64,000 nucleotides of DNA from the NCBI GenBank assembly GCA_051294375.1, contig CM119267.1, forward strand, positions 21,087,755-21,151,754, given 5' to 3'. Position 1 is the first letter of the stretch; the number at the start of each line of letters is the position of its first letter. Both the position numbers and the translations under genes were made by a program. Below the pieces are notes generated by a model that was given only the letters and a program-made list of their open reading frames with translations, had not been told where the DNA came from and ran no database searches. The stretch comes from Paraspadella gotoi (lineage: Eukaryota; Animalia; Chaetognatha). Below are positions 42,542-59,955 of this stretch, piece by piece.

Positions 42542-43772
42542 TTGGCGAGTATTCTTCACTGTGTAGATGTTATTTCCTTTCTTTCTATTTTCTTTGATAA
42601 TTAAAAAAAAAAACTTTAGGCGAAATAAGGTTACAATTTTAAAAAATTAAAATTTTTGTTCAATTTTTTTAAAAAATTTAATACGAAAATATGCTTAAGA
42701 ACTTAAATATTGAAACAAAAAATAAGAGCACAGAGAAAGAGTGCCTGCACGGTCGTTGGAACCGGGCCGCGGATTTTACCGCCATATACTCGTCAATCCA
42801 AGCTCATCCTTCCGGGTAATTTCGAACTCTCTTAGGGTAAAACGAAAGATTCGATTCTCGAAGAGGAAATATCTGCTCTGTTGTGCAGGATCGTATCTCG
42901 AAAAATAGAGAGAGAGAGAGAGAGGAGAAGAGAGAGAGAGAGAGAAGAAGAGAGAGAGAGAGAGAGAGAGGAGAGGAGGAGGAGAGAGAGAGAGAGAGAG
43001 AGAGGTGTGGTTATAGACAGAGGGCTAATTCAATAAGTCGGAAAAACAACGCTTAAGATAAAAGGAATTAAAACAAAATAAAAAAGAATGAGAGAGAGAG
43101 AGAGAGAGATCAAATTCCAATACAAAATTATTTTTTGAAAACTTAAACAAAAAAGAAAATAGAATTAAGGAAATAGAAAACATGATCACGGACTTTACAC
43201 GACATTCCACTTGAACGTAAATCGTCAGCGAAGAGGTTATTCGATATTCATGTATTCATATTAATACATAAATTAGTTAGGTAAAATCTTTAAACGGATG
43301 TAACACGGTGGAGAGTACTGGCCTCGGCAGTTATAGACTGATCTGTCATCATGTAGTCCCCTCTAAGGTCAACGACGCCCTTGGCGCCGATATCGTTTGC
43401 CACGGTAGGCGTGGCAACTCAACGCCAAAAAAGACGCTACGATACTCATTTAAAGCGGCATAAATTGGAATTTGAAAGTCGGGCCATGTTTTGTTTCTTT
43501 TAAATTCGAACCTTTGGTTCCAAAAATTTTAAAACAAAATACTCAATGCTTAATACAAAAAAACTTGGAATGGTACTTATTAAGCATCTAAGACGGAGTA
43601 TAGATTTAGTATCCTTTTACATGTGTATGTAACTCAGAAAATATATTAATTAGTAAAGTTAGCATTCTCATCTTAAAAATAATAGTTTCCTTGATTTAAA
43701 TAACAAAATAAAAGAATAAAAAAATAGAGAGAGAGTGACTTATGACCAAATCCACTTCGCATCTGAGTCACA

Positions 43773-43819
<47 letters not shown>

Positions 43820-44652
43820 ATCTCTTGGGAAGCAGAGCGTACGAATCGTGAGATGCTACTGACTTTTGTCTTTTTTTCTGAGTCATTCAATAATTATTTA
43901 TTAAATTTTTGATTAAAAAAACATTTTGACAAACAATTCATTTATTTTAAATTGTGTATCATGTATATTCTGTATAAAAATCGACGCTTAACCGACGCAT
44001 CGACGCATGAGGAAAAAAAAAGAACAATCGAGACAAGATGGAGCATCAAGAGTTTAGAATACAGATGGCGATTCTAGTCACCGCCGGCGCCGCTGCCGCT
44101 GCTGCCGCCGCCGCCGCCGCCGACAACGACGACTCAGACCTCGATTTCCAATCAAAAGGGAATTAGAGAAAATGATGAGGTTCGGATGCCGCCCTCTCCA
44201 GTAGGGATGACATCAATCGGGTTTTTGAGCGAGTTATTAGTAACAAAATCAGTAAAGAACAGGTTTTTTTATTCGTGTTGTTAAATTCATTAAAATATTA
44301 TTTGAGGCTTAATATCTAATGGATTTCTTTTGAAAATATATTATTAAAAAGTAAAAACCAATCTAAACTAAGCCCTTCTTTTTTTAAAAATTTTTCAGAT
44401 GGGTTTGACAAAAAAATATTAATTAAAAAAATATTAATTTTTAGCCTTATTGCATTGGCTGCGACCATAGATGATAACCCTTTTACATGTACAGTGTACA
44501 CAAACTGGCAGACTGTTAGCCTGGCCGCTGTCTCTAACAGGCTAACAGTTCATCGCGGAAGTCAAAAGACAATTCGATTTCTCCTCTAGCGTTTTCACTC
44601 AAAAAAAAAAGAAAAAAAACTAAAAAAAGATGAGAGCGGGAAGAAAGATGGG

Positions 44653-44722
<70 letters not shown>

Positions 44723-45999
44723 AGAAGAGAGAGAGAGAGAGAGAGAGAGATTAGCCGCCGGAGCAAACGAAAGTTCATACTGAGCCCAAATCCCGGTTCA
44801 AGCGAAGAACAAAGAATTTTCTTTTTTTCTTCCGAAAAAAAGAAGTCGATGGAGAAAAAGAAAAAAAAATGGAGAGAAAAGTGGAGAAAAAAGTGGAGGA
44901 AGGGAAAGAAATTCACGAAAGAAAAATTAAAATCGAGAAGATAGAAAATTTTTTTTTAAAAGAGAAAATTGGTCGGATCGGTTGGTGTGAATAGCGCGTT
45001 TCAGGCTTAAGTCAAAATTATACGTTTAATTCTAAATTAAACTTGGTTTATGGTTTGTAAAAATCAAATAAACCAAGTCAGAACACCAAACAAAATTAAA
45101 GATAATGAGCGGAAATATATAAAAATGGGGCACAGTTCAGATTCTAAACTATCCTATACTTTACATATTAGTTTTTGCAGTTTTAAAGTTCAATTTTTAC
45201 GATGTTTTTTTAGAGACAAAACATGTTGGTGTTGAGCTTTTAATGTTGAATATTACCATTGATTAATGAGGTAAAAATTAATTTGTATAATTCTTTTAGA
45301 ATATAAATATATTTTTCGGTTAACATTCAACTAAGCAAATGAGTAAGCATATTTAACCGAAATAGTATATTGCTGCTTTCTAAAAAATCACATGCCTTTG
45401 TCGTTTGTCATGAAACTATGTTAATCGTCAATTTTTTTCTCTATCAGGAAATTTTTCAAAAAAGTTGAAACGTGAAAGAAAATTGAAACCAAAATGAGGA
45501 TTCGGTGAAAGATATCCGGTGAATCATATGAAGGAAGGAGAAGAGAGAGAGAGGAGAGAGAGAGAGAGAGAAGAGAGAAGAGATGAGAGAGAGAGACGAG
45601 AAGAGAAGGAGTGAGAGAGAGGGGAGGGAAACGACAACAAAAGAAGATGAAGCCAGAAAATTTATAGGAGCGTTTCACGGCCGTCTAGTTGTTCTTCTTT
45701 CTTTTTTTGAGGGGAGAGAAAATTAAAAAAAGAAAAAAAAGAAAAAATGTTTGTTTTTTTTAAAACCGTTCGAAGAGAAACAATTTTTTTGAAGTTTTCA
45801 TTGTTTTCCTCTTTCCCCCCCCCCTCGTTTTTTCAAAGAAGTAGTAGTCGTTTCGATTAAGAAAACGCGGAAAAATTTTAGATCTCGTGACGTTTGAAGG
45901 GAAAAAGACGAAGCACTTTGTCGTAGTGATCTTTGTTGGGATTCTTGTTGATTATTATTATAATATTATTATTATTATTTAATTATAATATTATTATTA

Positions 46000-46041
<42 letters not shown>

Positions 46042-46523
46042 TATTTATTATATATTATTATTATTATATTATTAAGAGAAATTGAAAAAGCCTTAAAATC
46101 TCGGTACTTGAGAATATCTTAATATTAATAATTTTTATATTAATATCTTTTTTTTAACTTTATTCAATTCCGTCGCTGCTTTACCCTTCCTTCTTTTTCG
46201 TTGCGTTTGAGATCTAGGACAGTAATTTGTTTTTAAATTTTTACAAACACGGCCATTGCTTCGCTTTAATCAAGGCTTCCGCAGCGAGAAACTAAATGTT
46301 CGTATTAAATTCCCACATCTCGGTTCACCGTTCTCCTTCTCCCTCATCAGGTCCATCCTTCAACCGATCGTCTTTCAGGCTCTCGACAGAACTCACCTTT
46401 TTCTCATTCGCGCACCTTACCTTTCCTTTCTTCCCCCCCCACTTCCCCCCCCCACCTCGTTCCTCTCTTCACCTTCGTTTTGCTTTTGTCGTGGTCTCAT
46501 CTTTGACCGGCAGTCATTCTCCA

Positions 46524-46629
<106 letters not shown>

Positions 46630-47347
46630 TTTGGTTCATTTGTAGAAAAAAGGTGGATGGGTTTTTTTTTTCCGTTTTCTCTCCTCTCATTACCTTCCTC
46701 TAAGTTCCTCTATTTGTTCCATCTCTTTCTTTTCCTCTCTTTTCCTCTTTTCCCTCTTTTCTTCCTCATCTTCATCGACGCCATCTTCGGCTCAATTTAG
46801 TCTCTCGTCTCTCTTTCTTTCTTTCTTTTTTTCTTTTTAGTTGCGCCGCGAGTCGGTCTGATCGGTCGGTATGTTCTGTCCGTCGGTCTGTCCCACTTAC
46901 ATTGACGCTAATTGCCTTTCTAAACCAATATTCTACAACTGTTACTACTTATATATAACTATAGACATATCCATTTATAGTTCGTTGCTCATTGTTTAAC
47001 ACAAAGATACCATCAAATCTAAGCGAGCTACTAGCTCCTAGAATAAAGAAGTGATTTACGATGCAGAGCATATTGTATATGACAGTTCGGAAATACCAAG
47101 AATGATAAGAATAAATAAATTGTGCGTAACACCTTGGAATAACCGTTCCTTGTTCTTTTTTCCCTTTTTTTTTCGTTGTTTTCTCCAAGGTTTTCGCGAG
47201 AGCGTTCGCTCATTCTCTTTTCCGCAGTCTTCAACGTGACAATTCTGATAACCCTGTATCTCTTTATTTTCCTGTTCTCTTTTCTTAGCCAAAACAACGA
47301 CTATCTTTTTCGACAGCGGTGTNNNNNNNNNNNNNNNNNNNNNNNNN

Positions 47348-49077
<1,730 letters not shown>

Positions 49078-49493
49078 TNNNNNNNNNNNNNNNNNNNNNN
49101 NNNCTAACAACTCTCCAACTCCTCCAACTCTCCCAAACTCCTCCTCCAACCTCCCGCAACCCCTTACCCGCCTGTTCCAGTCTTGGTTTCATGCAACCGG
49201 TCCACATTTTGCGGACTAATTACGCGGCCGAAGCGCAGCCGAAGAAGAAAAAAACTCTTTGACATCTTTTATCTCTTCAATCCGTAACCACTAAGCCCGC
49301 CCCCTCGTGCTCCCTCTCCCCCGCCGGCTCCCTCTCTCTACCGTCCCTAAAATCTCACCCAGACTTACTTCGCGCACCCTACGCCGTTTCTCTTTCTCCT
49401 TTTCTCTTCACTTTACGCGGAGGAAGCATCCGTTTCAGAAGTCGGTCCCTTGGGAAAAAATGAGACAGGAGGATCGAAGATGAGAGAGAGAGA

Positions 49494-49562
<69 letters not shown>

Positions 49563-50412
49563 TACAAACCGTTCGTGGTATAATAGTTTTAAAACGTTTA
49601 TCATCTCGGGATAAAAAATTTAGAATATTGTTGTCATGTAGTTTTACACGCTCCTGTCGAAAAAAGATAAGTCGTTGTTTTGGCTAAGAAAAGGAACAGG
49701 AAATTAAAGAGATACAGGGTTTATCAGAATTGTCCACGTTGAAGACTGCGGAAAAGAAAACGCGAAGCGCCTCGCGAAACCGTTGGAGAAAACAACGAAA
49801 AAAAAGGGAAAAAAAGAAACAAGGACGGTTATTCAAGGTGTTACGCCATACTTTATTTTACATTCTTTATCCCTTGGTATTTCCAAACTGTATATACAAC
49901 TATGCTCTGCATCGTATCATGTCTTTATTCTAGTAGCTAGTACTCCCGCCTTAGATTTGATGGTATCTTGCTGTTTTAACAATGAGCAACGAACTAATAA
50001 AATGAGTATAGTATATATAGTATACGTATAGTATAGTATTATAAGTAAGTATACAGTATAGGTATAGTAATATATGGTATAGTATAGATAAGGCAATTTA
50101 TAAGCGTTTCCAATGTAAGTGGGACAGACCGACGGACAGAACATACGACCGATCAGACCGACTCGCGCGCAACTAAAAAGAAAAAAAGAAAGAAAGAAAA
50201 GAGAGACGAGAGACTAAATTGAGCCGAAGATGGCGGTCGATAAGATGAGGAAAGAAAAGAGGGGAAAGAGAGGAAAAGAGAGGAAAAGAAAGAGATGGAA
50301 ACAAATAGAGGAACTTAGAGGAAAGGTAATGAGAGGAGAGAAAACGAAAAAAAAAACCCATCCACCTTTTCCACAAATGAACCAAAGAGTGAGAGAGAGA
50401 GAGAGAGAGAGA

Positions 50413-50474
<62 letters not shown>

Positions 50475-53400
50475 AGAGAGGAGAGAGAGATGAGAGAATG
50501 ACTGCCGGTCAAAGATGAACCACGCAAAAGCAAAACGAGGTTGAAGAGAGAGAACGAGGTGGGGGGAAGTGGGGGCGGGAAGAAAGGAAAGGTAAGGTGC
50601 GCGAACTGAGAAAAGGTGAGTTCTGTCGAGAGCCTGAAAACGATCGGTGGAAGGATGGACCTGATGAGGGAGAGGAGAACGGTGAACCAGAGTGTGGGAA
50701 TTTAATACGAACATTTAGTTTCTCGCTGCGGAAGCCTTGATTAAAAGCGAAGCAATGGCCGTTGTTTGTAAACATTTAAAAACAAATTACTGTCCTAAAT
50801 CTCAAACGCAACGAAAAAGAAGGAAGGGTAAGGCAGCGACGGAATGATAAAGTTAGAAAAAGATATTAATATAAAAAGTTATTAATAATTAAGATATTCC
50901 CAAGTACCGAGATTTTAAGGCTTTTTTCAATTCTCTTAATAATGATAATAGATAATAATAATAATAAATAAAATATAATAATAATAATATAATAATATAA
51001 TTAATAAAATATAATAAATTTAATTAAATAATAATAATAATATTATAATAATAATCAACAAGAATCCCAACAAAGATCACTACGGACAAAAGTGCTCGTC
51101 TTTTTCCCTTCAAACGTCACGAGATCTAAATTTTCCGCGTTTTCTTAATCGGAAAAACGTTAGACCTACTACTTCTTGTGAAAAAACGGGGGGGGGGGAA
51201 CAAGAGAAAACAATGAAACTTCAAAAAAATTGTGTTCCTTCGAACGGTTTTTGAAAAAAAACAAACATTTTTTTCTTTTTTTTTCTTTTTTTAATTTTCT
51301 CTTCTCCCCTCAAAAAAAGAAAGAAGACAACTAGCAACGGCCGTGAAACGCTCCTCATAAATTTTCTGGCTTCATCTTCGTTTTGTCTCGTCGTTTTCCC
51401 CCCCCTCTCTCACTCCTTCTCCTCTCGTCTCTCTCTCTCATCTCTCTCTCTCTTCTCTCTCTCTCTCTCTCCCTCTTCCTTCCTTCATAGATTCATTCAC
51501 CGGATATCTTTCACCGGAATCCCTCATTTTGGTTTCATTTTCTTTCACGTTCAAACTTTTTTGAAAAAATTCTGATAGAGAAAAAAATTGACGATTAACA
51601 TAGGTTTCATGACAAACGACAAAGCAAGTGATTTTTTAGAAAGCAGCAATATACTATTCGGTTAAATTATGCTTACTCATTGCTTAGTTGAAATGTAACC
51701 GAAAAATATAATTTATATTCTAAAGAATATACAAATTCAATTTTACCCATTAAATCAATGGTAATATTCAACATTAAAAGCTCAACACCAACATGTTTTG
51801 TCTCTAAAAAAACATCGTAAAAAATTGAACTGTAAAAACTGCAAAAACTAATATGTAAAGTATAGGATAGTTTTAGATCTGAACTGGTGCCCCATTTTTA
51901 TATTATTCCGCTCATTAATCCTTCTAATTTGTTTTGGTGTTCTGACTTGGTTTATTTGATTTTTAACAAACCATAATCAAGTTTTAATTTAGAATAAACG
52001 TATAATTTGACTTAAGCTGAAACGCGCTAATTCACACCAACCGATCCGACCAATTTTCTCTTTTAAAAAAAAATTTTCCTATCTTCTCGATTTTAAATTT
52101 TTCTTTTCGTGAATTCTTTCCCTTGCCTCCACTTTTTTTCTCCACTTTTTTCTCCATTTTTTTTTTCTTTTTCTCCATCGACCTTCTTTTTTTCGGAAGA
52201 AAAAAAGAAATTCTTTGTTCTTCGCTTGAAACCGGGATTTTGGGCCTCAGTATGAACTTTGTTTGCTCCCGGGTCGCTCTCTCTCTCTCTCCCTCTCTCT
52301 CTCTCTCTCTCCTCTCTCTCTCCTTCTCCTCTTCTCTCCCTCTCTCTCTCTCTCTCTCCCTCTCTCCTCTCGCTCACCATCCTTCCTCCCATCTTTCTTC
52401 CACGGCTCTCATTCTTTTTTTGTTTTTTTTTTCTTTTTTTTTTTGAGTGAAAACGCTAGAGGAGAAATCAAATGATCAGTAAATACAAACATGCGGGAAT
52501 TGTCTTTTTGATCAGTTAATCACGGAGCGCTAGTTAGCAAAGTTCTGGTGTTTAGATTGAGCACCACCAACCAAAGCGAATAGAAGACAAGCGAAGCTAA
52601 GAATTTCTCGAATTCACCACTTGAACACTAATCATGAAGACGCAGTCGGGAGAGCGAAGAGTCACAAGCAGGTCTGTTAGTACGCACGTCTTTCTAGACA
52701 ATATAGAGATATTGAAAGGGATTGGAAAGATCAATCTTATGGTCGCAAAGGCACAAATTCGGTATTATAAGAGATTTTATATATATTCATACAATTTATT
52801 ACTATTCTTCCTTAGTTTAGTTTCTTTATAATTCAAATATTTTTTTTTTTAAATTTATACGCCATTCTGATATAAATATTATAAAAAAAAGGAAGGGACT
52901 TAGGTAGATCAGGTTTTTTTACTTTTTTAATTTAATATTATTTTCAAAAGAAATCCAATTTAGATATAAGCCCTCAAATAATATTTTAATGATTTAACAA
53001 CACGATAAAAAATACAACCTGTTCTACTGGATTTTGTTACTAATAACTCGCTCAAAAACACGAAATTGAATGTCATCCTACTGGAGAGGGCGGCATCCCA
53101 GAACTCATCATTTTCTATCTATTCCCTTTGATTTGAAATCGAGGTCTGAGTCGTCGGTTTCGGCGGCGGCGCGCGGCGCAAGCCAGCGGGACGCGCCGGC
53201 GGTGACTAGAATCGCCATCTGTATTCTAAACTCTTGATGCTCCATCTTGTCCTCGATTGTTCTATTTTTTTTTACCCATCATCGAAGCGTCGGTTAAGCG
53301 TCGATTTATTAATACAGATATACATGATATCACAATTTAAAAATAAATGAATTGTTTGTCAAAAGTTATTATTATCAAAAATTTAATAAAATAATTATAT

Positions 53401-54783
53401 GACATGACTCAGAAAAAAGACAAAAAGTAAGTAGCACTCACGATTTCGTAACCTCTCTCCAAGAAGATAAACTCTCCTCTCTCTCTTTCTCTCTCTCTCT
53501 CTCACTTTGTGACTCAGATGCGAAGTGGATTGGTCATAAGTCACCTCTCTCTATTTTTAATTATCTTTAATTTTATTATTTATAGGAAACTATTAAATTT
53601 TTAAGATGAGAATGCTAACTTTACTAATATAATATATTTCTGAGTACATACACATGTAAAAGGATACTAATCTATACTCCGTCTTAGATGCTTAAATAAT
53701 ACCATTCCATAGTTTTGTATTAACATGAATAATTTTGTTTTAAAATTTTTGAACCAAAGGTTCGAATTTTAAAAAGAAACAAAACATGGCCCGACCTATT
53801 CAATTCCAATTTATGCCGCTTTAAAATGAGTATCGTAAGCTCCTTTTTTGGCGTTGATGTTGGCCACGAACCTACCGTGGCAAACGATATCGGCGCAAGG
53901 GGCGTCGAGATTGACCTAGAGGGGACTACAATGATGACAGATCAGTCTATAACTGCCGAGGCAAGTACTACTCCACCTGTGTTACCATCCCGTTTAAAAG
54001 ATTTTACTTAACTAAATTTATGTTATTATATGAATACATGAATATCGAATAACCTCTTCGCTGACGATTTACGTTCAAGTGGAATGTTAATGTAAAGTCC
54101 GTGATCATGATTTACTATTTCTTAATTCTATTTTCTTTTTGTTTAAGTTTTCAAAAAAATAATTTTGTATTGGAATTTGAATCTCTCTCTCTCCCTTCAT
54201 TCTTTTATTTTGTTTTAAATTCCTTTTATCTAAGCGTTGTTTTTCCGACTTAATTGAATTAGCCCTCTGTCTATAACCCCACCTCTCTCTCTCCTCGTCT
54301 CTCTCTTCATTATCTCTCTCATCTCATACGTTCTCTCTCTCCTCTCTACTTCTCTCATCTCTCTCTCTCATCTCATCTCTCTTCCTCATCTCTCTCTAGT
54401 TATTTTTTTCGAGATACGATCCTGCCACAACAAAGACAGATATTTCGCTCTCGAGAATCGAAAATCTATTCGTTTTACCACTAAAGAGAGTTCGAAATTA
54501 CCCGAAGGATGAGCTGGATTAGACGAGTATATGGGCGGTAAAAATCCGCGCCCGTTCCAACGAACCAGTGCAGGCACTCTTTCTCTGTGCTCTTATTTTT
54601 TGTTTCATATTTAAAGTTCAAGCATATTTTCGTATTAATTTTTATTAAAAAAATTGAAACAAAAAATTTTAATTTTTAATTGTAAACCTTATTTCGACTA
54701 AAGCTTTTATTTATTTTAATATATCAAAGAAAATAGAAAGAAAAGGAATAACATCTAACAACAGTGAAGAAATACTTCGCCAA

Positions 54784-56557
54784 ATGATACAAAGACCGCC
54801 CACTGAACTGTCCACACACATGCCTACGCAAATCTCACCGCTACTCGAAACCCTAATATCGCGGTACTTTGTTCGGTCTCCCTAAAAAATTTAGTTACAT
54901 CTATCATTTATCTCTGGTATTCCCATCATTAAAACGCCGAATCGTTGACTCACCTCCGCCGAGAAAAAGGAACCCTTCCTATATCGGCGAAATCCCGCTC
55001 GATCCGCTCCGGCGAAAACAGACCGACTCCGCCGCGGTCCACCGACCGCCAGAGGCGGCGCCGACCGCCGCAAAGGTCCATCCTCTTCTGGAAACGGAAC
55101 TACTTCGAGAGCGACAAATTAACTATTTGGCTTCGGATCGCAAACCCTTATGTGATAACCGTTTTTGCCAGGAGACGAGATGCGAGACGACGAAAGAATC
55201 GAAATCGATTGGACGAAGAGACCCGTCCATCAATTCACTCGCGCAATTGGCAGAGAAGCAAAAAAGAGAGAACGTTAGTCAAAGGTGTGATTTGAGGCAC
55301 TTTTTAACTTTCGTGATTATATGGAATAATAAAAATATTATAAGCGTCTCGCCGACAAAATTCATTGTCGTTTTACATTGAGAGTTTAATTAACATTTAA
55401 TTAAGCTAACCGAAGAAGCAGATTTTTTTTTTGTCTTTCGGATCTTTTTAACCTCCACGTGATAAATTGGTTTGATAATGCAATAAGCAAATGAGAAATT
55501 ATTGCGTATTATGGCACAACGCGCGAAGACAACGCGCCCCTAAAGTGTTTTGTCAATTATTTTATTTGTTATGTATTTTTTTTTTTCAATAAAGACAAAA
55601 AAAACCACCAATATTATCAAAAAAGTATATGATTATAATTTGTTGCAAATTTTTATTATTAACTCTCCACATACTTCTGAACTGAAATCTGAAAATTCGA
55701 AATAATATTATTATCCAAAATTGAAATTCTCACAGGCCTTCGACTTCCCCCACAAAGAAAGCGACCAGGGCCAACGCTGGAATCTTTACGCGATGGAACC
55801 GTCCGCCTTACAGCTGGTCTCAACTGGGAAATTTCGACTCGACGTCCTCGGTCCGGTCTTAACACTGGACCTGACTCAATCGTCACGATAGGACATCTCC
55901 CAACCCGCACGGCGTGGACGTCGAGGAAGACAAGAGGCGAGCGCTCCTACGTCCCCAAGACTACTCAAAGAACAAGACTAAGATGATTGCTGGCTCGTCA
56001 GCCACTGCCATCCTCCCACAAGAGGAAAATACGTCGGCGCTTGAGCGCAAAACAACGTCCAAGTGGACATTTACGGGGCCTGCGGACCAAGACCTGCCCT
56101 CAGGCAATCGCGCGATCGACGCCTTCAAACTCTCATCCACGATTACAAGATTTATCTCGGATTCGAAATCATCCTGCCGCGACTACATCACCGACAAATG
56201 TGGAAGATCCTCAGTCGAACGACGACCGGTAAGCCGATCGTGGGGAATGGAAGGCGCCAATTACGACGTCTGACGCCCGCCCGGCGCCCTTTAATCGACG
56301 CCCGCCGGTTCGAAGCCGGAGATCTGGCCGCAGTATTGAAAAAGGTGGCGGGGACGATAACCTCATACAACAAGTATCACGCTTGCGAAAGATGGGAGGT
56401 TTTGGAGGGAGAACCATCTACAACATCATCCGGATTCAGTAAACTCTGCGTACAAGCTGCAACCGGGAATGGAGGCGAATCAAGTGTACAGAGCATCAGG
56501 GATTTTTGGTATCGCTGGAGAAGGACTGTTTACCTCATCTCATTGGTGGGGATATGA
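54784..56557 (+). pseudogene. Frameshifted inverted copy of the fucosyltransferase (probably artefactual)
   Basis: Same peptides appear in alternating frames (RRIVDSPPPRK, CQETRCETTK, DYSKNKTKMIA, LQTLIHDYK, MWKILSRTTT). Confidence 0.7.
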
Positions 56558-57156
56558 GATAGGAATGTATTGAAATGTTAATTTAGTTTGTAAAAATCAT
56601 ATTTTTACAATAACGTTTCATACAGTAATCGCTAGAATACCAAAAAAACAAAAATCGTAGCTTTCGGAGATGACGATTGTCCAAAAAAGAGATTACTAGA
56701 GACTAAGTTGTTTTTGATAAAAGCTTAAAGATTGCAAAATCAAGCAACTGTGTGATTTAATTCAAACATACACGGATAGGACAATTTAGAGAAAGATTGC
56801 AGATTTAAGAGCCTGAATCTGGTTAAATCTTATTTGTTCAATACTTAATTTTTTCTCAGTGAATATATAACTAAATTGTAACGGGTTAACCAATTGGTAT
56901 TTAAATGAAATTAAAATTTTTATTAAAAAATAACCAAACACCTATTCTAGACCCAAGTCAGAAGCAGTCAAAAACGGGCGAGATCTATAAGGTCACTTAC
57001 TTTGCCACTTACTAGCTAAGTGTCGCGTCAAAATATATCAGAACAAACAAAATTTATTCGCACTCTCCTTAAAATATAATCGCTAGAGAGCGATGAAAAG
57101 GCTAAGGCAATTCCGAGAAAAAAACAAAGACAGAAAATTCTATTCTCTCTCATCTC

Positions 57157-57188
<32 letters not shown>

Positions 57189-57539
57189 ATCTCTCTCTCA
57201 TCTCTTCTTTCGTCTAAAATCTCTCTCTCTTCACCCTCTCTATCTTAAAGATAAGTAGATGATTGATAAGTAATGCTATCTAAAATAACTATTCAAAACA
57301 AAAGCTTTTTGTCCTTTTATCATTTTTTTTGGCTCTCGGTGAGACGAGACTGGCACAGCTGTACCTTTGACTTAAAAATTCATTTTAATATTTCAATCAA
57401 ATTGAATTTAAAAAAAAAATGAATGAGGTAAATGGGGATGGTAAGGTTTTGTAATACAAATTTATAACAAATAATTACTTATACAAAAATCATAGATATT
57501 TCTCAATATAATTTAATTTTAATTATAAATCTTGTCAAT

Positions 57540-59955
57540 AAAGTTTCTATCCACCCAGTTGTCACTTTTTCAATCGTCATCAATCGTCATCGTGGGCGGA
57601 AGGCGTCAGTGGCGCCTCTAGCGGGCGAACGTCCAGCTCTCTCCATCGACGAGAGGATTTCTCTTGCAAGTACATAAGCACAAGTGATAATTAAATATGT
57701 ATATATACGTTAAACTAATTAATAAATACTTAAACTATAAAAACAAAAGAAAAAAGACAAACAAATCACATTGAACAAATGTCATAAATACAATGCATTG
57801 GTATTTCATACATGTGTATACAGTCAATTACAAAATATATGTATGTCAATACTAATGTAGTACGCACAATTCTAAAACGAACATGAATCTCCGACAGGAG
57901 CGTCGTCGTTCGTCATCGTCGCGGCCCTTAAACGATCTGACGTGAGTCGAGTTCTCGACGGCGACAATGAATCGTGGGTCGAAGTCAATTCTCTCTTAGA
58001 TTTCCAGGAAAATCGAAAGGGCAGGTCGGGAGAGAAATTATCAAAGGGGATCGATACAGGAAAAGATCCGTCGATCGATGCATTTAATATACAAATTAAA
58101 TTATTCCACAATCAATCAATCAATCATTCTATCTACTATGAAACATTCCTTCGTTTATATCTAGCGATCAGTTAGATCTAACAAGATATTCGGTCCATAT
58201 ATTGGAATCAGTCATTCATTTTATCCGAATGGCGTATGTTTTTGAATACAATTACGGTCCAGCAATAAGCTAAATAACATTAAAAATGGAGGTAACATTT
58301 AATTTTTAGAAAACCGCATCTTTTTTTATTAAAACAGGTGGCCGAACGCGGTGATTCCTATACAAGATTTCGAGGGACTTCGGTCGAGTCAACAAAACTC
58401 CTCGTGAGAAAGGCGATGAGCGAAGTGAGGGATAGAAACTGTATTAAGTTAAGTTTGGGCAAAGGAGTGAGAGGTGAGAGAAAAAGTGAGTCTGAATAAA
58501 GAGAGGGCGTGCAGGACGATAGTGCCAGTTAAGTAATCAAAAAGGGACCCGACATAGTGCTTACAAGAAAGCACCCTGCAAACGTAAGCGAGGTCGTGGG
58601 ACACTTATATCATAAACATGTGACACAAACCTTACTGAACAAAGGAATACAATTCATCGGAAGATTTGGCCGGAAAAATTGCCGACATTTATCACACCGA
58701 GTGAAGTTCATCAATGCTGGTCAGTGAGGAAAAACTAATGTCCAATTTGCTTGAATAAAAAGAAATAAACATAAATTAATTAAAAAATAAGTAAATCAAT
58801 ATATAAATAAATAATTAAATCTAAACAATACATTCTTCCACGTAAGATGGATGGTGGCTCGCGTTGGCTACGAGTACGGTAGCACCTTGCCTCGCTGCAG
58901 ATCAACGGCCTGCAATGCATCACGAGGTGGTTGCAACGAATTGGGTCACGTGATCGAGACTCTTTCACGAAGCAGGAGCAGGAAATCGACAAGTATTGTT
59001 ATTTGTCAAGTAGTTGTCAGTATTAATAATTAATAATTAATAAATTATAATTTTGTAGAGAGGACTTTCGATGAAAATAATTTCGACAACATCGAAGCGA
59101 AAGAAGGAGAATCAGTTTGGATAGACTTAGAAAACTGAAGACGATGGGGTGGCCTACGACTATTGTTCCAATCATGGCAACTAACGGAGTCAACTATTTC
59201 GCCAAAAAAGTAAACGCGACGAAGACGTAATTGAGGTAAAGGGTAACATTTTAATTTTAAATGAATTACACAAAAATTTTTTAAAATATCTAGTATTATT
59301 TCGTTAGTTTTGATTTTTTTTTTTTTTTAATTGTCAAACCATTTATTTCTTTATCGTATTATCATCCCTTTCCACTCCTGTGCTATTATTACTTCAATCT
59401 TTTGGCCACTGCTACCGATATCTTTTTGATATTAAAAAAATTCACAGATACTTAACCGATTCTCCCCGCGGCGATCTCGACTACACTTGGACCAGAAACC
59501 GATCGGTCGCATGAAGAACCTGCAGTTTTCGCGACGTGCCACAAAAGCCGTCAAATAGATGATACAACTGCACGACCAAAAATGCACGCATCAGCTGCGC
59601 TGGTAAAAATCCTAACTATGTTTTTTTTTTTTAATAATTATGGCTACAAAGTTGAGAACACTGAGCGATGGCTTTTAATATAGGTAAAATATTTAACAAC
59701 TCGCTTTCAAATTGTAAAAGAACACCTAGTACGTAAATCAACAAATGTCAAAAATGTGAATGCGAAGAAAAACTTTGTGAGAAGCAATCTTGGCCGGGAA
59801 AGGTGATTTTTTTTTTTTTCTTGGAAAAGTTTGTTGTCAATCTCATGACTTTGACATTAACACTTTATCGTTAATTTAACAATTTGTTTTCTAAGCAGGA
59901 CGTCGTAACCGCAATTCATCTGCGGCTCGCGCCAAAGTAACTTGAAAAATTAAAT
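57540..59955 (+). pseudogene. Frameshifted inverted copy of the astacin gene (probably artefactual)
   Basis: Exons recognisable at nucleotide level (e.g. ggtggccgaacgcggtgattcc at about 58317; cgaattgggtcacgtgatcg at about 58937) with many indels. Confidence 0.7.

Noticed and set aside
43195-43232. CUGACGA-containing hairpin on the minus strand
   Set aside because: No GAAA core after stem II.
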